DNA of 64,000 nucleotides, from the NCBI RefSeq assembly GCF_018350175.1, contig NC_058368.1:146570001-146634000 (forward strand), given 5' to 3'. The position numbers were made by a program, and so were the translations under genes. How positions within the stretch are numbered: the stretch's first letter is position 1; each line of letters starts with the position of its first letter. The stretch is from Felis catus. Lineage: Eukaryota. The notes under the pieces are model-generated. The model made no database searches. It was not told the origin of the DNA and saw only the letters and a program-made list of their open reading frames with translations. This document shows positions 49,906 to 62,252 of this stretch, in pieces.

Positions 49906-51114
49906 TATTGAAACCTATTTATACAAATATATTTCTAACATGACTGATTTCTCCCTTGTATTTTTAATGCACTGGCTTCCTTCCCTAGATTTGTCTTGGA
50001 GCAATTTTAAGGCAAGCAATGAGTACATTTGTTCTGTAGAGACCATTTTCCTCCCTCCCTTAAAAAAGGGCACTTTTATAAGGGTGAAGGATGGCACAAA
50101 ACGTTAGACTTGGAGTATCGGTCTTAGAAAATTAGGATGCAAAAGACCCATCCCTGGGTCAAGGTCACGCCTTGTCTGATTTTGTTAGGAGATCTGACAC
50201 TCCAAATATTGACAAAATCAGATATTATTGTGTCATGGTACACATTCAACTGGACTGGTTTAAATACATTTCAGGTGTTAATTACCCTACATGCCCACAT
50301 TCTTAAGAGATTGTTGGCACTTCTCTTCAAAGTGTGTTTCAGAACTGGTAAATAGAGGCATTGGTCATGCATTTGGCCCATAAACCTTTCTCAAGCATCT
50401 ACTCTGAACCTGGCACTGTGGAATATTGTGGTAATTAGCAAGTTGAACGTGATACTAGGTCTGTTCTACAGAGACAGCTGTTCTACAGAGGAGATAAAAC
50501 ATGTTAGTTTACAAGTAATAACTTAAAGCATATAGCAATAAGTTATATGGCAATTTATTGTAAGCATAAAGTTATACACTGCTTCTATAATGGTAACCTA
50601 GATTATAATTTTCATATCCAACAGGTTCAAATACTTCTCTTTTTACTATTAGTGATATGAACACAGAAAGAGAACATCTATAGAAAACCTTAATTAATAA
50701 TTTTAATAAGAAATATTGAGTACTGAATACACTGTATCACTGACCTATATTTCATATGCATTATTTTATCAATCCTCACGTTCACTCCAACAGTTAAGTA
50801 CTACTTTTCATAATTAAGAAGTTACTGAAAATAAGAGAGCTAGTCACTTATCCCAAATCACAGAGTATTAGTAGAAGATTCAGAACTTGAATTCAGGGTT
50901 GTTTGAAAATGGAGACCAGACTTTTAACATTATGATTATAAAATAAAAGTTTCCTGAAAAAATAAATAATTTCCTGAATAAATAATTTCCTACCATCATG
51001 AAAGAAAAAACTGTTCTCAATTTTTTTCTTTCATGATGATAGGAAATTATTTATTTTTATAAAAATGTTTCTTAAATTCAGTTAATACTTATGGAATTCA
51101 TTTTCTTTAACAGA

Positions 51115-51326
51115 TTTTTTTTTAAAGTTTATTTATTTTTGAGACAGAGAGAGACAGAGCGTGAATGGGGGAGGGTCAGAGAGAGAGGGAGACACAGAAT
51201 CGGAAGCAGGCTCCAGGCTCTGAGCTGTCAGCACAGAGCCCGATGCGGGGCTCGAACTCATGGACCGCGAGATCATGACCTGAGCTGAAGTCGGACACTT
51301 AACTGACTGAGCCACCCAGGCGCCCC
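51115..51326 (-). mobile_element. young Can-SINE, antisense in intron 1
   Basis: CpG-rich body; TSD taa(c/t)agatttt at ~51108 and 51328. Confidence 0.95.
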
Positions 51327-51651
51327 ATAATAGATTTTAATAATACAACCTAAAATTTCACTTTTGCAGCTTTAAACTATAGAATATGTGGAAGTGATAT
51401 TTTTATTTTTTTCTGAAATACCGTAATAGCATTGAAACACAAGTGAATACTTTCTGCTTGCTATGGTAGCTTATAAGAACTATGGAAATGTAGAAACTAA
51501 ATTTTGCAGTTAGTGTTTAATAGTGTCTACTACATATTCCATTAATTATATGATAAATAATAAACTTAATTATCAAGATTAATCATCTGTAGCAAGGATT
51601 ATCAACTGTATGCTTTTCATTGTGAGTTGTCAAATAGCCTATATAGATGGG

Positions 51652-51653
<2 letters not shown>

Positions 51654-51694
<41 letters not shown>
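51654..51694. repeat. (TA)n microsatellite
   Basis: Directly visible. Confidence 0.92.
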
Positions 51695-51698
<4 letters not shown>

Positions 51699-51959
51699 TT
51701 AGGTTTAAAAGATGCTCTTTAGGATTTTGTTATAGAGAGGTTCCAATGCTTATTTCACAATATATAAAATAAAACAAAGGGAAACGAATAGCAAGGAAAA
51801 AGGAGTAGCTGTCATAATTATGAAATTAAACTTGAACTCAAATTGGACTTGGATTTTACAGCATTTACGTCTTTTCAGTCTAGGTTTCCTAACTCATATT
51901 GAATTTATATATGTTCTAAGGAGGATATTAGGAAGTTATTTAGGACATTATTTCAAATG

Positions 51960-52550
51960 TGTTATGATGCCTTCAGCTACAAGTAACAAAAATCTCCGAT
52001 TTTATTGGGTTTATGTAATAAAGGAATTTATTTCGTTTAAAAAGAAGTTCAAAGAGACAGCTTACTCTGGCTTAATGTTTGAGGGCTTAAGACCTAGCTG
52101 TCCTGATTCTTTCTCAGCTTTGTCGCCAGAGGCTATCTTATACACTCATGGACACAAGAAGGCTACACCAGTTTGAGAAGAAGTAACCTCTTGTGACAGT
52201 ATTCCCTGAAGAAAAGTAACCACCTCTTTCTTTTTTTCCTGTTCTTAAGGTGCATATACCTTTCCCAGGAGCATCCCGTCTATCCTGCTGAGATCCCCTC
52301 ACATCTCATTAGTTAAAAACTGTATCATGTACTCATTCCAAAACCAATCGTTGGCAAAATGAATGGGAGCAGTGTGACTGACTTAGGATAATCAGCATCA
52401 TTCCCTTTGGCTGGGTTTGACCCAGGCTCCTCTAAAGTGTATGGCTGTGTAAAAGAGCATAGATACTAGAATGGAATCAGAGTATTGTTGGAAAGGAGAA
52501 AGAAGAATGGCTACTGAGTACCCAACCAAGAGTGCCTGTTATAGAATAGT
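51960..52550. mobile_element. old MLT1-type LTR
   Basis: ttcagctacaagtaaca..., cacatctcatt...tcatgt...aaaccaatc...ggagaaagaagaatggctactgagt. Confidence 0.5.
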
Positions 52551-53487
52551 TCTAAATGCAGCTAAGGAGGGAAGAACCCTGGGGATCAAGTAATCTGCAG
52601 TTCTTTTGAGATTGGCTCTTTGCTTTCCAGATGGTCCCCAACACTGGTACTTAGCCGCCTCATAATTACAGCTCCATAGAAATTCAAGCTGGAAGGGACC
52701 ATTCTGAGACCCAGACTGTTAAATGTCTTCCCCAAAGCCTCACAATAAATTAATGGCAAAGCCAGGGCAGGGTTTCTTGACTCTCAGAACAGAGTGTTTT
52801 CTTTATTTTTTTTCACCCTTCAGACTTTAGAACTGTTGGAACTGCTTTAAAACTCATGGCAAGCCCTGGTCTTTTTGTAATTAACAGCTCCTTATAATAC
52901 ATTTGTTTTGTTTGTTCAGCCTCCTAGAAACTAAATTGAGTCTGTGCTTTAAAAAGCCTGCTGAAGTCCTTATTGCCTGTTTTGATAGCATGTGCATGAG
53001 CCACCACCATGTTCTTTCCCACCTCACATTTGATATGAATCCTTTTCTTTCAACATCTCTCCCTATTGGTTCCCCATCTTCTTTTGCTCCATCTGTGACC
53101 AGCTTCCTGTTTCTAAATAGACATTGTGGTCACCTCTCCCTCTTTGTGCCCATTCCTAGCCACTAGTTACTTCGGCTGTGGTCTTTATTGTTCTTTCTCC
53201 AGCCCACCGGGTTGCGGTTGTCCCACACATCCATATTGTTATATGTTCCCAAACTGGGTTTTGGGATTATTTTGGTAACTACTGCATTGGGTGAGAGTCG
53301 AACTAATAATTAAAGTGTTGGGATGACTTTTCCTATTACGAATTCTCCCTTGTTTCTACAATCTAAGAGGAGCTGTACCTTGTACTCTTACTATATACAA
53401 TGCACAAAATAGCATGTTGACTTATGGCCCACCGCAAACCTGAATGCTTATGATTTCCTTTGTGTTTTTCTTCATTTCCAGGACAAG

Positions 53488-53557
53488 ATGTTGATCAATA
53501 TAAAGAGCATCTTATGGATGTGCTCTACCTTAATAGCAACCCATGCACTACATAAAG
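53488..53557 (+). CDS. VCAN: VCAN exon 2 coding part: signal peptide MLINIKSILWMCSTLIATHALHK (exon starts 53482)
   Basis: Acceptor ttcatttccag| at 53481/53482, ATG at 53488 with A at -3, 70 coding nt, donor AAG|GTGAGT at 53557/53558 (phase 1). Too short for the ORF track. Confidence 0.96.
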
Positions 53558-53976
53558 GTGAGTGTGGTTTAAGTTTTTTTGGTGTTTAGTGAAATAAAAA
53601 TTTAAGTGCTAGAGCACAGAATGGCCATATGGAGTCAATAGAATAAAGAATTAGTTTTTGATCTATTTAGTGATTTATAGTGCTGAACACTTTCAGCTGA
53701 AATAATATTATTTTTCATTTAATAAATGGTTTTAAATAAAATGAAACAATGAACAGGATGCTAAAGAAGCAAGTGGGTTTTCAATAAATTCCCAGATTAC
53801 TTTCAGATTGCAAAAGTGCTCATATATACGTATTTTTTAAACTCTGTCATCTTCAATATACTCAAAGCCTTTCCTATAAAGAAAGACTATCAAACCCTCA
53901 GGAGGCTAGAGTGTGAGAAGAGTCAGAAAGATAAAGAGCAGGCTTACAGCCAGGATTTTACCCTCCACATATATTA

Positions 53977-54126
53977 CCTTTTCCTTTCCTTTCCTTTCCT
54001 TTCCTTTCCTTTCCTTTCCTTTCCTTTCCTTTGTTTTCCTTTCTTTTCCTTTCTTTTCCTTTCCTTTCCTTTCCTTTCCTTTCCTTTCCTTTCCTTTCCT
54101 TTCCTTTCCTTTCCTTTCCTTTCCTT
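53977..54126. repeat. (TTTCC)n pentanucleotide repeat
   Basis: Directly visible in intron 2, with a few interruptions. Confidence 0.93.
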
Positions 54127-54679
54127 CTTTCCCTCTTTCCCTTCCTTTTCTATTCTCTTCTTCTTTCTCTATTTCATTAAACTTAATCTCCTAGTTATAT
54201 GATATAGGCAACAAACAAATAAACTCATAACCCAGGTATTTTCAGATTGATGAAAATGAAGCTTAGTGATATGATAAAGAAGTGCCTGAGTAGGGGGAAG
54301 GTGGGACGGCCTCTTTGAGAAAGTAACATTTAAACTGAGATATGAATGACCAAGATGGCTGTCGGAGTTTAGGCTCCACCAATCTGTTAACAGCCCAAGT
54401 GCTATTTCCTTCAGTGTAGTCAGGAAATACAGGTGAAGGTCACAGACAGGGAAGGACAATAGCACCCCGTAACAAGGGAGAACACAAAAAGGAAATACAG
54501 AAAAGAGAGTTGGTTTAGATGGGTAGTAACAGAAGGGGAGAAAACAATGGGAGAAACTTGAGGGACACTTAAAACAGAGTTTAGACTTTCTGCTTAAGGC
54601 AAAGAAAGCACTCACTTAAACAATGGGGAAAAAACCAAAAGCACTTATGATATAGCTCCTTGACAGTATTTTATAACAG

Positions 54680-54940
54680 TAATAATAGCTAGCAATATTG
54701 AATAATTTCTACATGCCAGGTCTTCTGTATTTTACATAGTTAATTTATTGAATCTTAACTCTCCAATGAGGCAGATGCTTCTATTCTCCCCATTTGGCAG
54801 ATGAAGAAACTGCACTACCACAAGGTTTGGAGGCCTACCTAATGTAGAAGATTATATAGCAGTTTAGTTACAGAGCCTGGAGTTGAACCCAGGCAGGCGG
54901 GCTCCATAATCCATGCTATGAACCACTATATTACACTTTA
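54680..54940 (-). mobile_element. MIR
   Basis: aataatagctagca..tacatgccagg...ccccattt..cagatgaagaaactg...gaacccaggcag. Confidence 0.7.
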
Positions 54941-55426
54941 TTCCAAGAATCAAGTTCTTTGTAAATCTGTGATCATGATTAAGAGATATAATTAGTTGGG
55001 ACTAATTTCAGAAGAATTTAATTTTTTCATATGGGGCACAAAAGTTGAAAACGTAAGATCCAAATAAAACAAATTTGCCAGTTTATAGTAGGATACACAG
55101 CAATAACTTGTTAGGAGTTAACACAAGTGTTTTCATCTTAAGCTTTTCTCTGTTAATTCCTAGGCACTCAAAAGGTCAATAACTAACATTAATGAACACC
55201 TTGTCCACTGGTTATTGGCTTTATTTTAATGCATGAAGCGTTCTGTGCTTTGACAATACCTATTTTATTGATTATCTAGTGCTTACCTAGTTATTTGGAT
55301 ATTCCTCTACTATTAATACATGAGTTCTGCACAGTCATGAGCAAATGAATGAACAACAGAGTGAAATTTATCACCCTAGAGAGTAATAAATTCTCATATT
55401 CTCAATCTGACATTTATTTGGCCAAG

Positions 55427-55428
<2 letters not shown>

Positions 55429-55463
<35 letters not shown>
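55429..55463. repeat. (GT)n microsatellite
   Basis: Directly visible. Confidence 0.92.
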
Positions 55464-55464
<1 letters not shown>

Positions 55465-58311
55465 TCAAATTGTATAGATGGAATTTATGTCATTCTTCTC
55501 CACAGAATTTACCGACAGAGAATGAAAGGCAATTGATCATTTGTTATTTAGAGATTTCTCCCTTACCCTACTCATATAGACCACAAACCATGTGGTGGGA
55601 ACAGTGAACTTTGTGTTAATTTTCATTTTTTACTACTTGCATTGTTCACAGTTTCAGACAAGTTCTTACAGGTAGCATTAAAAAAAAAACATGTATAGTC
55701 TGTAAACATTATTCTCTGAACTACTTAGTTTCTTCCTTAAAATATTTAGATTTAGTGAGCTTAGTTCTTATGACCCAGTGCATTAAGACTCAAGATTTTA
55801 TACACAAAAGACTTGACCACACAGCTTTTTGTTAATCCTGTTGTTAAGACTAGATTCTACATGAATATATATTTATATCTGAACAAAGCTTTTGATTTCC
55901 TTGTATCTGTAAACATCTAGAACAATAAATAACCCTTGGGTAATTTGCCTTTTGAGATCATTTTGTTCCAATATATTTTTACGTAACAGCACAGTTACTG
56001 AGCAATACTTGGAGTTTTAGAAACCTTCCAATTGGATACATTGGATTCCATCTCATATGTGCCTCTACACATCTAAAATTGTGAAAAGAATGATAGTTTA
56101 GTAATAAATATTAAGGATTTGGATGTCACTTATCTTAAACTCATTTTTAAGGAGATGATAAAGAATCTCATACTTTCTATCATAATTGAGGTTGATGGTA
56201 AAGCTGTTTTTTTTCCATTAAAAAACAAATACTTTGTGGTAATGTTAATCATCTAAATAATTCTTTAGGAAGGAAATGAGCTTTCCTAGAACATACCGTA
56301 AATGGAGATTTTTAGATCATAGAATACTTAGCCCTTTCCTTCTCAGGACTCCTATTCTTGGCAAAAACAAACAAACAAACAAACAACCTTTGTGTTGTCA
56401 TCATCTTCCTAATGGGGGCCAAATCAAGGGATTATAAATCAGGTAGGGAGTCCCCTGTGGACTTTATAGATTTATTTAAAAGATCAAGTTGCTAACTGCT
56501 GTCGGTGCAGATAACAATTAAAGAAATAGGATGAGATGGAAATAGAGTGGGTGTAGACTCTGCAAAGGAACTAACACTAATTTGGGGACAGAGGAAGAAC
56601 CCGATAAGTACCAAAGTTGAAAGATTCCTTGATTAGTTGTGAGGAGACTTGTGTTCTGGCCCAGGTCTGTCAGCAGGCAGCTAGGATCTTAAATGTCACT
56701 TCCTCACAGTGGAGCATCCTTAGTAAGGGATTGGACTAGTTTCACTCTGAGGGTGAGCTTTAAGTAAGACAATTTATTTTATAAGCCAAGAATTTAATAG
56801 AATGGAATTATTCCCTTGATACTGTATTTAAAGGTGATTATGATCTTAGTAACATTTAAAAGACTAACTTAGTGCAGTTAATAGTGTATTTTTATTTAAT
56901 TTTGTTAAGTGCCTTAAATCCTGTTTTGGGGCAAGTTATATATAGATTAGTAAGATGATAAAGAAATGTATGACAGCTATGACCACTATAAATTAGAAAT
57001 ATATGACTGATTTCTATCATAAATACAGTAAATATAATACTGTATTGGTTATTTTAGATTTATTTGTATCATATGAGAGGTTTTATAGCCCAGCCTTTAA
57101 GAAGTTAAATTTCAATCTTTAACAATAAAGAGCATTTTTTTCTTAAAGTGCATAGTATCTCCATATCTTCCTGAAATTTTCAAAATGACTTATCCCCAAC
57201 TGAATCCACAGTGCTATGTTGACAGCTATATCATGTCTGATACATGTCTGTATTGAGATATATGTTCCCAAAGCCTTGACTACTAACACACTAAGTGTTA
57301 CATACACATCATTTTGTTAAGAATTATTATTTCACTCCAGCTAGAGGCTACTTTTAACTTGTTCATCATATTTTCATGAAGTAGGATTGCTTGTGTATGA
57401 ACATAATTTCTATCTATCGTTATTGCCAGCACATTGTCTAGCCAATTAGTCAGGACTGGAAAATGGGAGGAAGTGGTGGGAAAGGGTTATGGATTCCTGT
57501 AAGAATAAAATGTCATTTATTTTGCATATGATACTGTTAAATTGCACTCAAGGTATTCTTTCTCCTTAAAATTTTAAGGGCTTAAACAGAAAGACATTCT
57601 GCAGATTAATACTTTAGGTGGGGGTTAGGTGAACAGACCAAATCCTACCCCCCCCACCCCCACACACAGGATATAATTAAGAGGTAATGTTTCACTGCAA
57701 AGTGATTGCAGCTGGATTTGTTATTATGATGAAAGCCTTTGGTTCAAACGCTGAACCAAATGAGGGTCCTTCAAGTGTTAGACTTCTTCCTGCTCCAGTC
57801 TACTGAAATATATATATATATATATATTTTAATTTTCACTTCCTCTTTGAATTTTATTTTCATTTCCTCTAAGGTAATGTGGCAGTTATCTTAAATGATT
57901 TTCCTCTTCTGACAGGTAGACATAAATTCTTCTTTCAATTGCTCTTCCTAATATTGGTCCAATCTTTTACCCACATTACCAATTCTAGTCTCCTTTTGCT
58001 CTTAATTGCTTACCTTGCTATGCATGCCTTATTCTATTACTTATTTTGTACATATTGAACTCTAAGTTACAAATACTTTAAAATGAATGCTATATTTTTA
58101 GTACATAAAGATGAGCATTTTTAAGCCATATCTTTGTTGTGAAACATGGTTAAAACTGTATACTAGTCTTTGTATATAAACTCATTCTAATTATCTCACC
58201 TATTGAAAAAGTAACCAAACCACTTGTAAGGGTTTCTTAGCCACTCACTTATTTAATAGACTTGGTTGAGTTTTTTAGGACTGTTAATTTTGTATTTTCT
58301 ATTTCTCCTAG

Positions 58312-58689
58312 TCAAAGTGGAAAAAAGCCCACCTGTTAAGGGCTCCCTCTCTGGAAAAGTCAATCTCCCTTGTCATTTTTCAACCATGCCTACGTTACCA
58401 CCCAGTTACAACACCTCTAGCGAATTTCTCAGAATCAAATGGTCTAAGATTGAATTGGACAAGAGTGGAAAAGATTTGAAGGAGACTACTGTTCTTGTAG
58501 CCCAAAATGGGAATATCAAGATTGGTCAGGGCTATAAGGGGAGAGTGTCCGTGCCTACACATTCCGAGGTCGTCGGGGATGCCTCGCTCACCATGGTCAA
58601 ATTGCGCGCAAGTGACGCGGGCCTCTACCGCTGCGATGTCATGTACGGGATTGAAGACACACAAGACACAGTATCATTGGCGGTGGACG
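58312..58689 (+). CDS. VCAN: VCAN exon 3: Ig-like V-type domain of G1
   Basis: Acceptor atttctcctag|, donor ACG|GTAAGG; 378 nt, phase 1-1. Ig motifs LPC, IKW and DAGLYRC. Confidence 0.98.
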
Positions 58690-59039
58690 GTAAGGCTTCC
58701 CAAATCTGTAAGACATGATACCTGGTTCAGAAGTGTTGTGAAGCAGTACTTGAAGTAAATGGTGTTCGCAGTTTGGACAAGTGGAAGAAACATCAGTCAT
58801 TTCAACAGTTCATGCCTTTCACCAAAAATGAACTGTTATTTCTTTAAGGGTCAAGGAAGGTGACATTTTGCACAGCACCTTCACTGATTCAGGAAAGTGC
58901 AGTATAATGGAATTAATGAATAGCTCAAGACATGATAAATAGTTCAAGAACTAATTATTTCCTTACTTTGACCTACCTGTCTGTGATTACTTTTTAAGAC
59001 CACAAAGGCTGATCTACATTTTATTTTAATTTTTTTGAC

Positions 59040-59102
59040 ATGTGTGTATGCACACACACATGTGCACACACACGCGTGCACACACACACACACACACACA
59101 CA
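59040..59102. repeat. compound (TG)/(CA)n alternating purine-pyrimidine tract
   Basis: Directly visible. Confidence 0.88.
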
Positions 59103-61864
59103 AACCTTTTCTCCTTTTTCTCACTGTCCTAACATAATTATTAAAATCTTTGAGTTTCTTTTTAAGAAATATAAATTCTACCTTAACTTACATTGAAGAA
59201 ATAGGGCATTTAATAAGTATCATGGTACATGTCACAGTGCCTTAGAAAGGCCAGGACCTAAGAAACATTTGCATTGGATCAAAATAAAATTCGGTGAATT
59301 TTTTGTTTTAAAGGTCAATACACTAACTGTTATACATTAAGGCTTGCAATGAGGCATTTTGATTTTAGCCCTCTTTCAGTGGTGGTTTGTATGTCATTTG
59401 AATTTAAGTTAGGAGACAAAGCAAAGAAAAATTGCTTTAATTGGGTACACACATAATACCATAGCTCTTGGAAACAGAATATTTTGGCAAGTTATTAAGC
59501 AAGATTCTAATACCCAGACATGATAGAACAGATTTTTCTTCCATCCCTCCATTTTCCTATAAAATATTTACCTTTCAGAAATATATACGGAGGGTTTTAT
59601 TAAAACTTTCTTCTGTAGCCAAAAGGAAATACTTTGAATTTCAGATGCAGAGAATTAATTTACTGTACATTCTTTTATGTTCAGATTCTGTTACTGTCTC
59701 CTGTCAATCTATTTTTACGTTGTGCAGGCATCCACTAAATATCCTGGGCTCTTCAGTCTTTTGACCTTTTTATTATTTATTTTAGTTAGCCTAGGATTGT
59801 TTTGCTGTACTGATATTTTTTTTAATCTGTGTGTGTGTTTGTGTATTATATTTATATCTTATATAAATAGATTATTAATAAATTATAAATATATAGTAGT
59901 GGTATATGCACACTATGTATAAATTTATATATATTTTTAAAATCTCTAAAGGAATTTAACAACTTCTTACTAATTTCACCATTAAAGAATTAGCGATGGA
60001 TTTTCCCCTTGCCCCTGCGAAACAATGAAAATCCTCCACTTAATCTCCTTAGCCCCATGAGGTCTTCAAATTATCCCAACAACTGCAGATACTTATACCA
60101 ACTGATATTCCCTGCCCTGCTCTTGGAGGCCCCTTTGTGCCCCCTTACAGTCTTCAGTGCACATGGAAGATTTTTAATTATCAAGAGGACTGTTGGAAGC
60201 TTTGATCGACATACTAATTTAAAACCATTCAAATTCTTGCTTAAGCCTTAGAGATCATTATAAACTATCTCATACTTACCAGATAGTATGATACACACTT
60301 CCTGGCAATTTTAGAGTATTTCTATAAAGGTACAAATTTTTGGAAAGGCATTTGATGAATTTTTCATTGCACTGTCAGAAATGGGAAAATGAATGTTAGT
60401 TGTCATTGCATTTACTCGGTGCCTGTGCAGGTCTTTTTGTGTTGACACTTATCAGAGGTGCTCATCTATGACATGGCTAGTCTGTTCCCCTGTATTTACT
60501 TTATTGGCACATAACCTGTCTTGCAAGAAGGAGGCATTTTAAGGATGGGCATATGGAAGACAGTCTTATAACTAGAAGTCAGACTGTGGGACATAGACTG
60601 TTGTCAACCCAATGGAATTACTAGGAATAAAAAGACAGTGGAAGATATCTTGGAAACCAAAGTTCATTCTGCATAACAAAAAAAGTGGTCTTAGGCAATT
60701 TGACCCCTAATAAAATCTCATCCATAAGACCCAGTTGCCCCAACTTTTATTTTCTAGTGACTTCCCAGGCCCCTTACCTTGATTCACTTTGCAGTCTTAC
60801 AGAAACGAGTCACCACATTTAGTGCAATTAAAGATGGAGATGCTCTTGTTGAAGTAAGAGGAGAAGACCAAAACCTCACTCCTACCCCCACCCTCATCCC
60901 CACCCAGTTACTCTTCCCTCAGCCCTCTGACAATTCCTTGAGCCCTGGAGAACAGCTCTAGAACCACTAGACTATGCAATTCCTAACATATAGCAAAGTG
61001 GAGTTGGAGGCAAGTACCAAGATGCCTGGCTTCAACTCAGGGAAATCTGGGTAACTTTACTTCAAGCCTTCTTTGGGATAAAAATCGTACATTTTATTTG
61101 TCTTAGTGGAAACCGTCAGTTATGCTAGTCAGATGGTGAATATGATAAGCAGTGGGTGGGAGTTAGTAGCCTATACAACATTTTTAAAACTTTTGCCTAA
61201 TTTGACTTTCATATCAGATAACATAAGCAATGTTAGGTACACTTTATTGTTGGGGGGGGTGGAGATTAACTCAGTATATGATTAAGGAACAAATTAGTAA
61301 TTGGAACAAGCCTTCTCATACATAGTCCATTGTCTTTTTCTTCTTAGTACATTGTTTCTGGAAGTAAATATCTCAATGTTTTATGTTTGGAGGAAGCGGG
61401 GTTAGTGAATGTTCCATGTGCTTCTATTCAGTTGGGCCTGGGTAAAATAGGGCAAGTTGACCTCATGACCCCCTTAACTCTTTGTATCTCCTGCAGGACC
61501 TACTCTGTTTAGTTGTCCCGTGTTCCCATGATAATGTGAATACTACCTGTAATTGGAGAAGCTGTCCACCCCTTGGAATTTTAGTGGCCTAAATCTTTTT
61601 CTTAGATTGTTGACATGAGAATAGAAAATTCCTGGTTAAGAAACTTTCTAATGGAGCACAATGGGACACCTGGGTGAACAGCATTTCTGGGGCTCCTCAC
61701 ATCACCATAACTTTATGTAATGCCACATAAAATGAAAATAAAGTATCACCATGGTGTTATTACCATGGGAGCAATTAATTTGATGTATTACATCAGTGAG
61801 AAACTTTGCAAATTATGGTGGGATATTTGAACATGCCAGTAATTGCTTGTGGCTCTCTTTGCAG

Positions 61865-62039
61865 GGGTTGTGTTTCACTACAGAGCGGCGACAAGCAGGT
61901 ATACTCTGAATTTTGAGACTGCACAGAAGGCTTGTGTGGATATTGGGGCAGTCATAGCAACCCCAGAGCAGCTCCATGCCGCCTATGAAGATGGATTTGA
62001 ACAGTGTGATGCAGGTTGGCTGTCTGATCAGACCGTCAG
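61865..62039 (+). CDS. VCAN: VCAN exon 4: N-terminal part of Link module 1 (hyaluronan binding)
   Basis: Acceptor ctctttgcag|, donor CAG|GTGAGA; 175 nt; encodes GVVFHYR...AQKAC...[12 protein letters not shown]. Confidence 0.98.
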
Positions 62040-62124
62040 GTGAGAGGTCTGGGGGCCACAAGCTGTAATTCATTAATTTAAGAGTAAGAATAAAGTACTT
62101 CTTACTAGTCTTTTATTTCCCCAG

Positions 62125-62252
62125 ATATCCCATCCGGGCTCCCCGGGAAGGCTGTTACGGAGATATGATGGGGAAGGAAGGAGTCAGGACCTATGGATTC
62201 CGTTCGCCTCATGAAACTTACGACGTATACTGCTACGTGGACCATCTAGATG
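62125..62252 (+). CDS. VCAN: VCAN exon 5: C-terminal part of Link module 1
   Basis: Acceptor ttttatttccccag|, donor ATG|GTACGA; 128 nt; encodes (R)[42 protein letters not shown] in frame with exon 4. Confidence 0.97.

Noticed and set aside
612..51315. Recurrent 60-70 aa ORFs of type MAQSVKxxTSAQVMIS... resembling a gene family
   Set aside because: All coincide with Can-SINE copies; they are translations of the SINE consensus.
53816..54615. ORFs with FLSFP repeats and a 148-aa minus-strand ORF
   Set aside because: Produced by the (TTTCC)n microsatellite and adjacent low-complexity sequence.
58266..58311. Apparent signal peptide MSFLGLLILYFLFLL at the start of the 150-aa ORF
   Set aside because: It starts at TTG and is the translated polypyrimidine tract of intron 2; the true signal peptide is in exon 2.
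60272..60300. ATACTTACC resembling the U1 snRNA 5' end
   Set aside because: Similarity stops after 9 nt; no U1 body follows.
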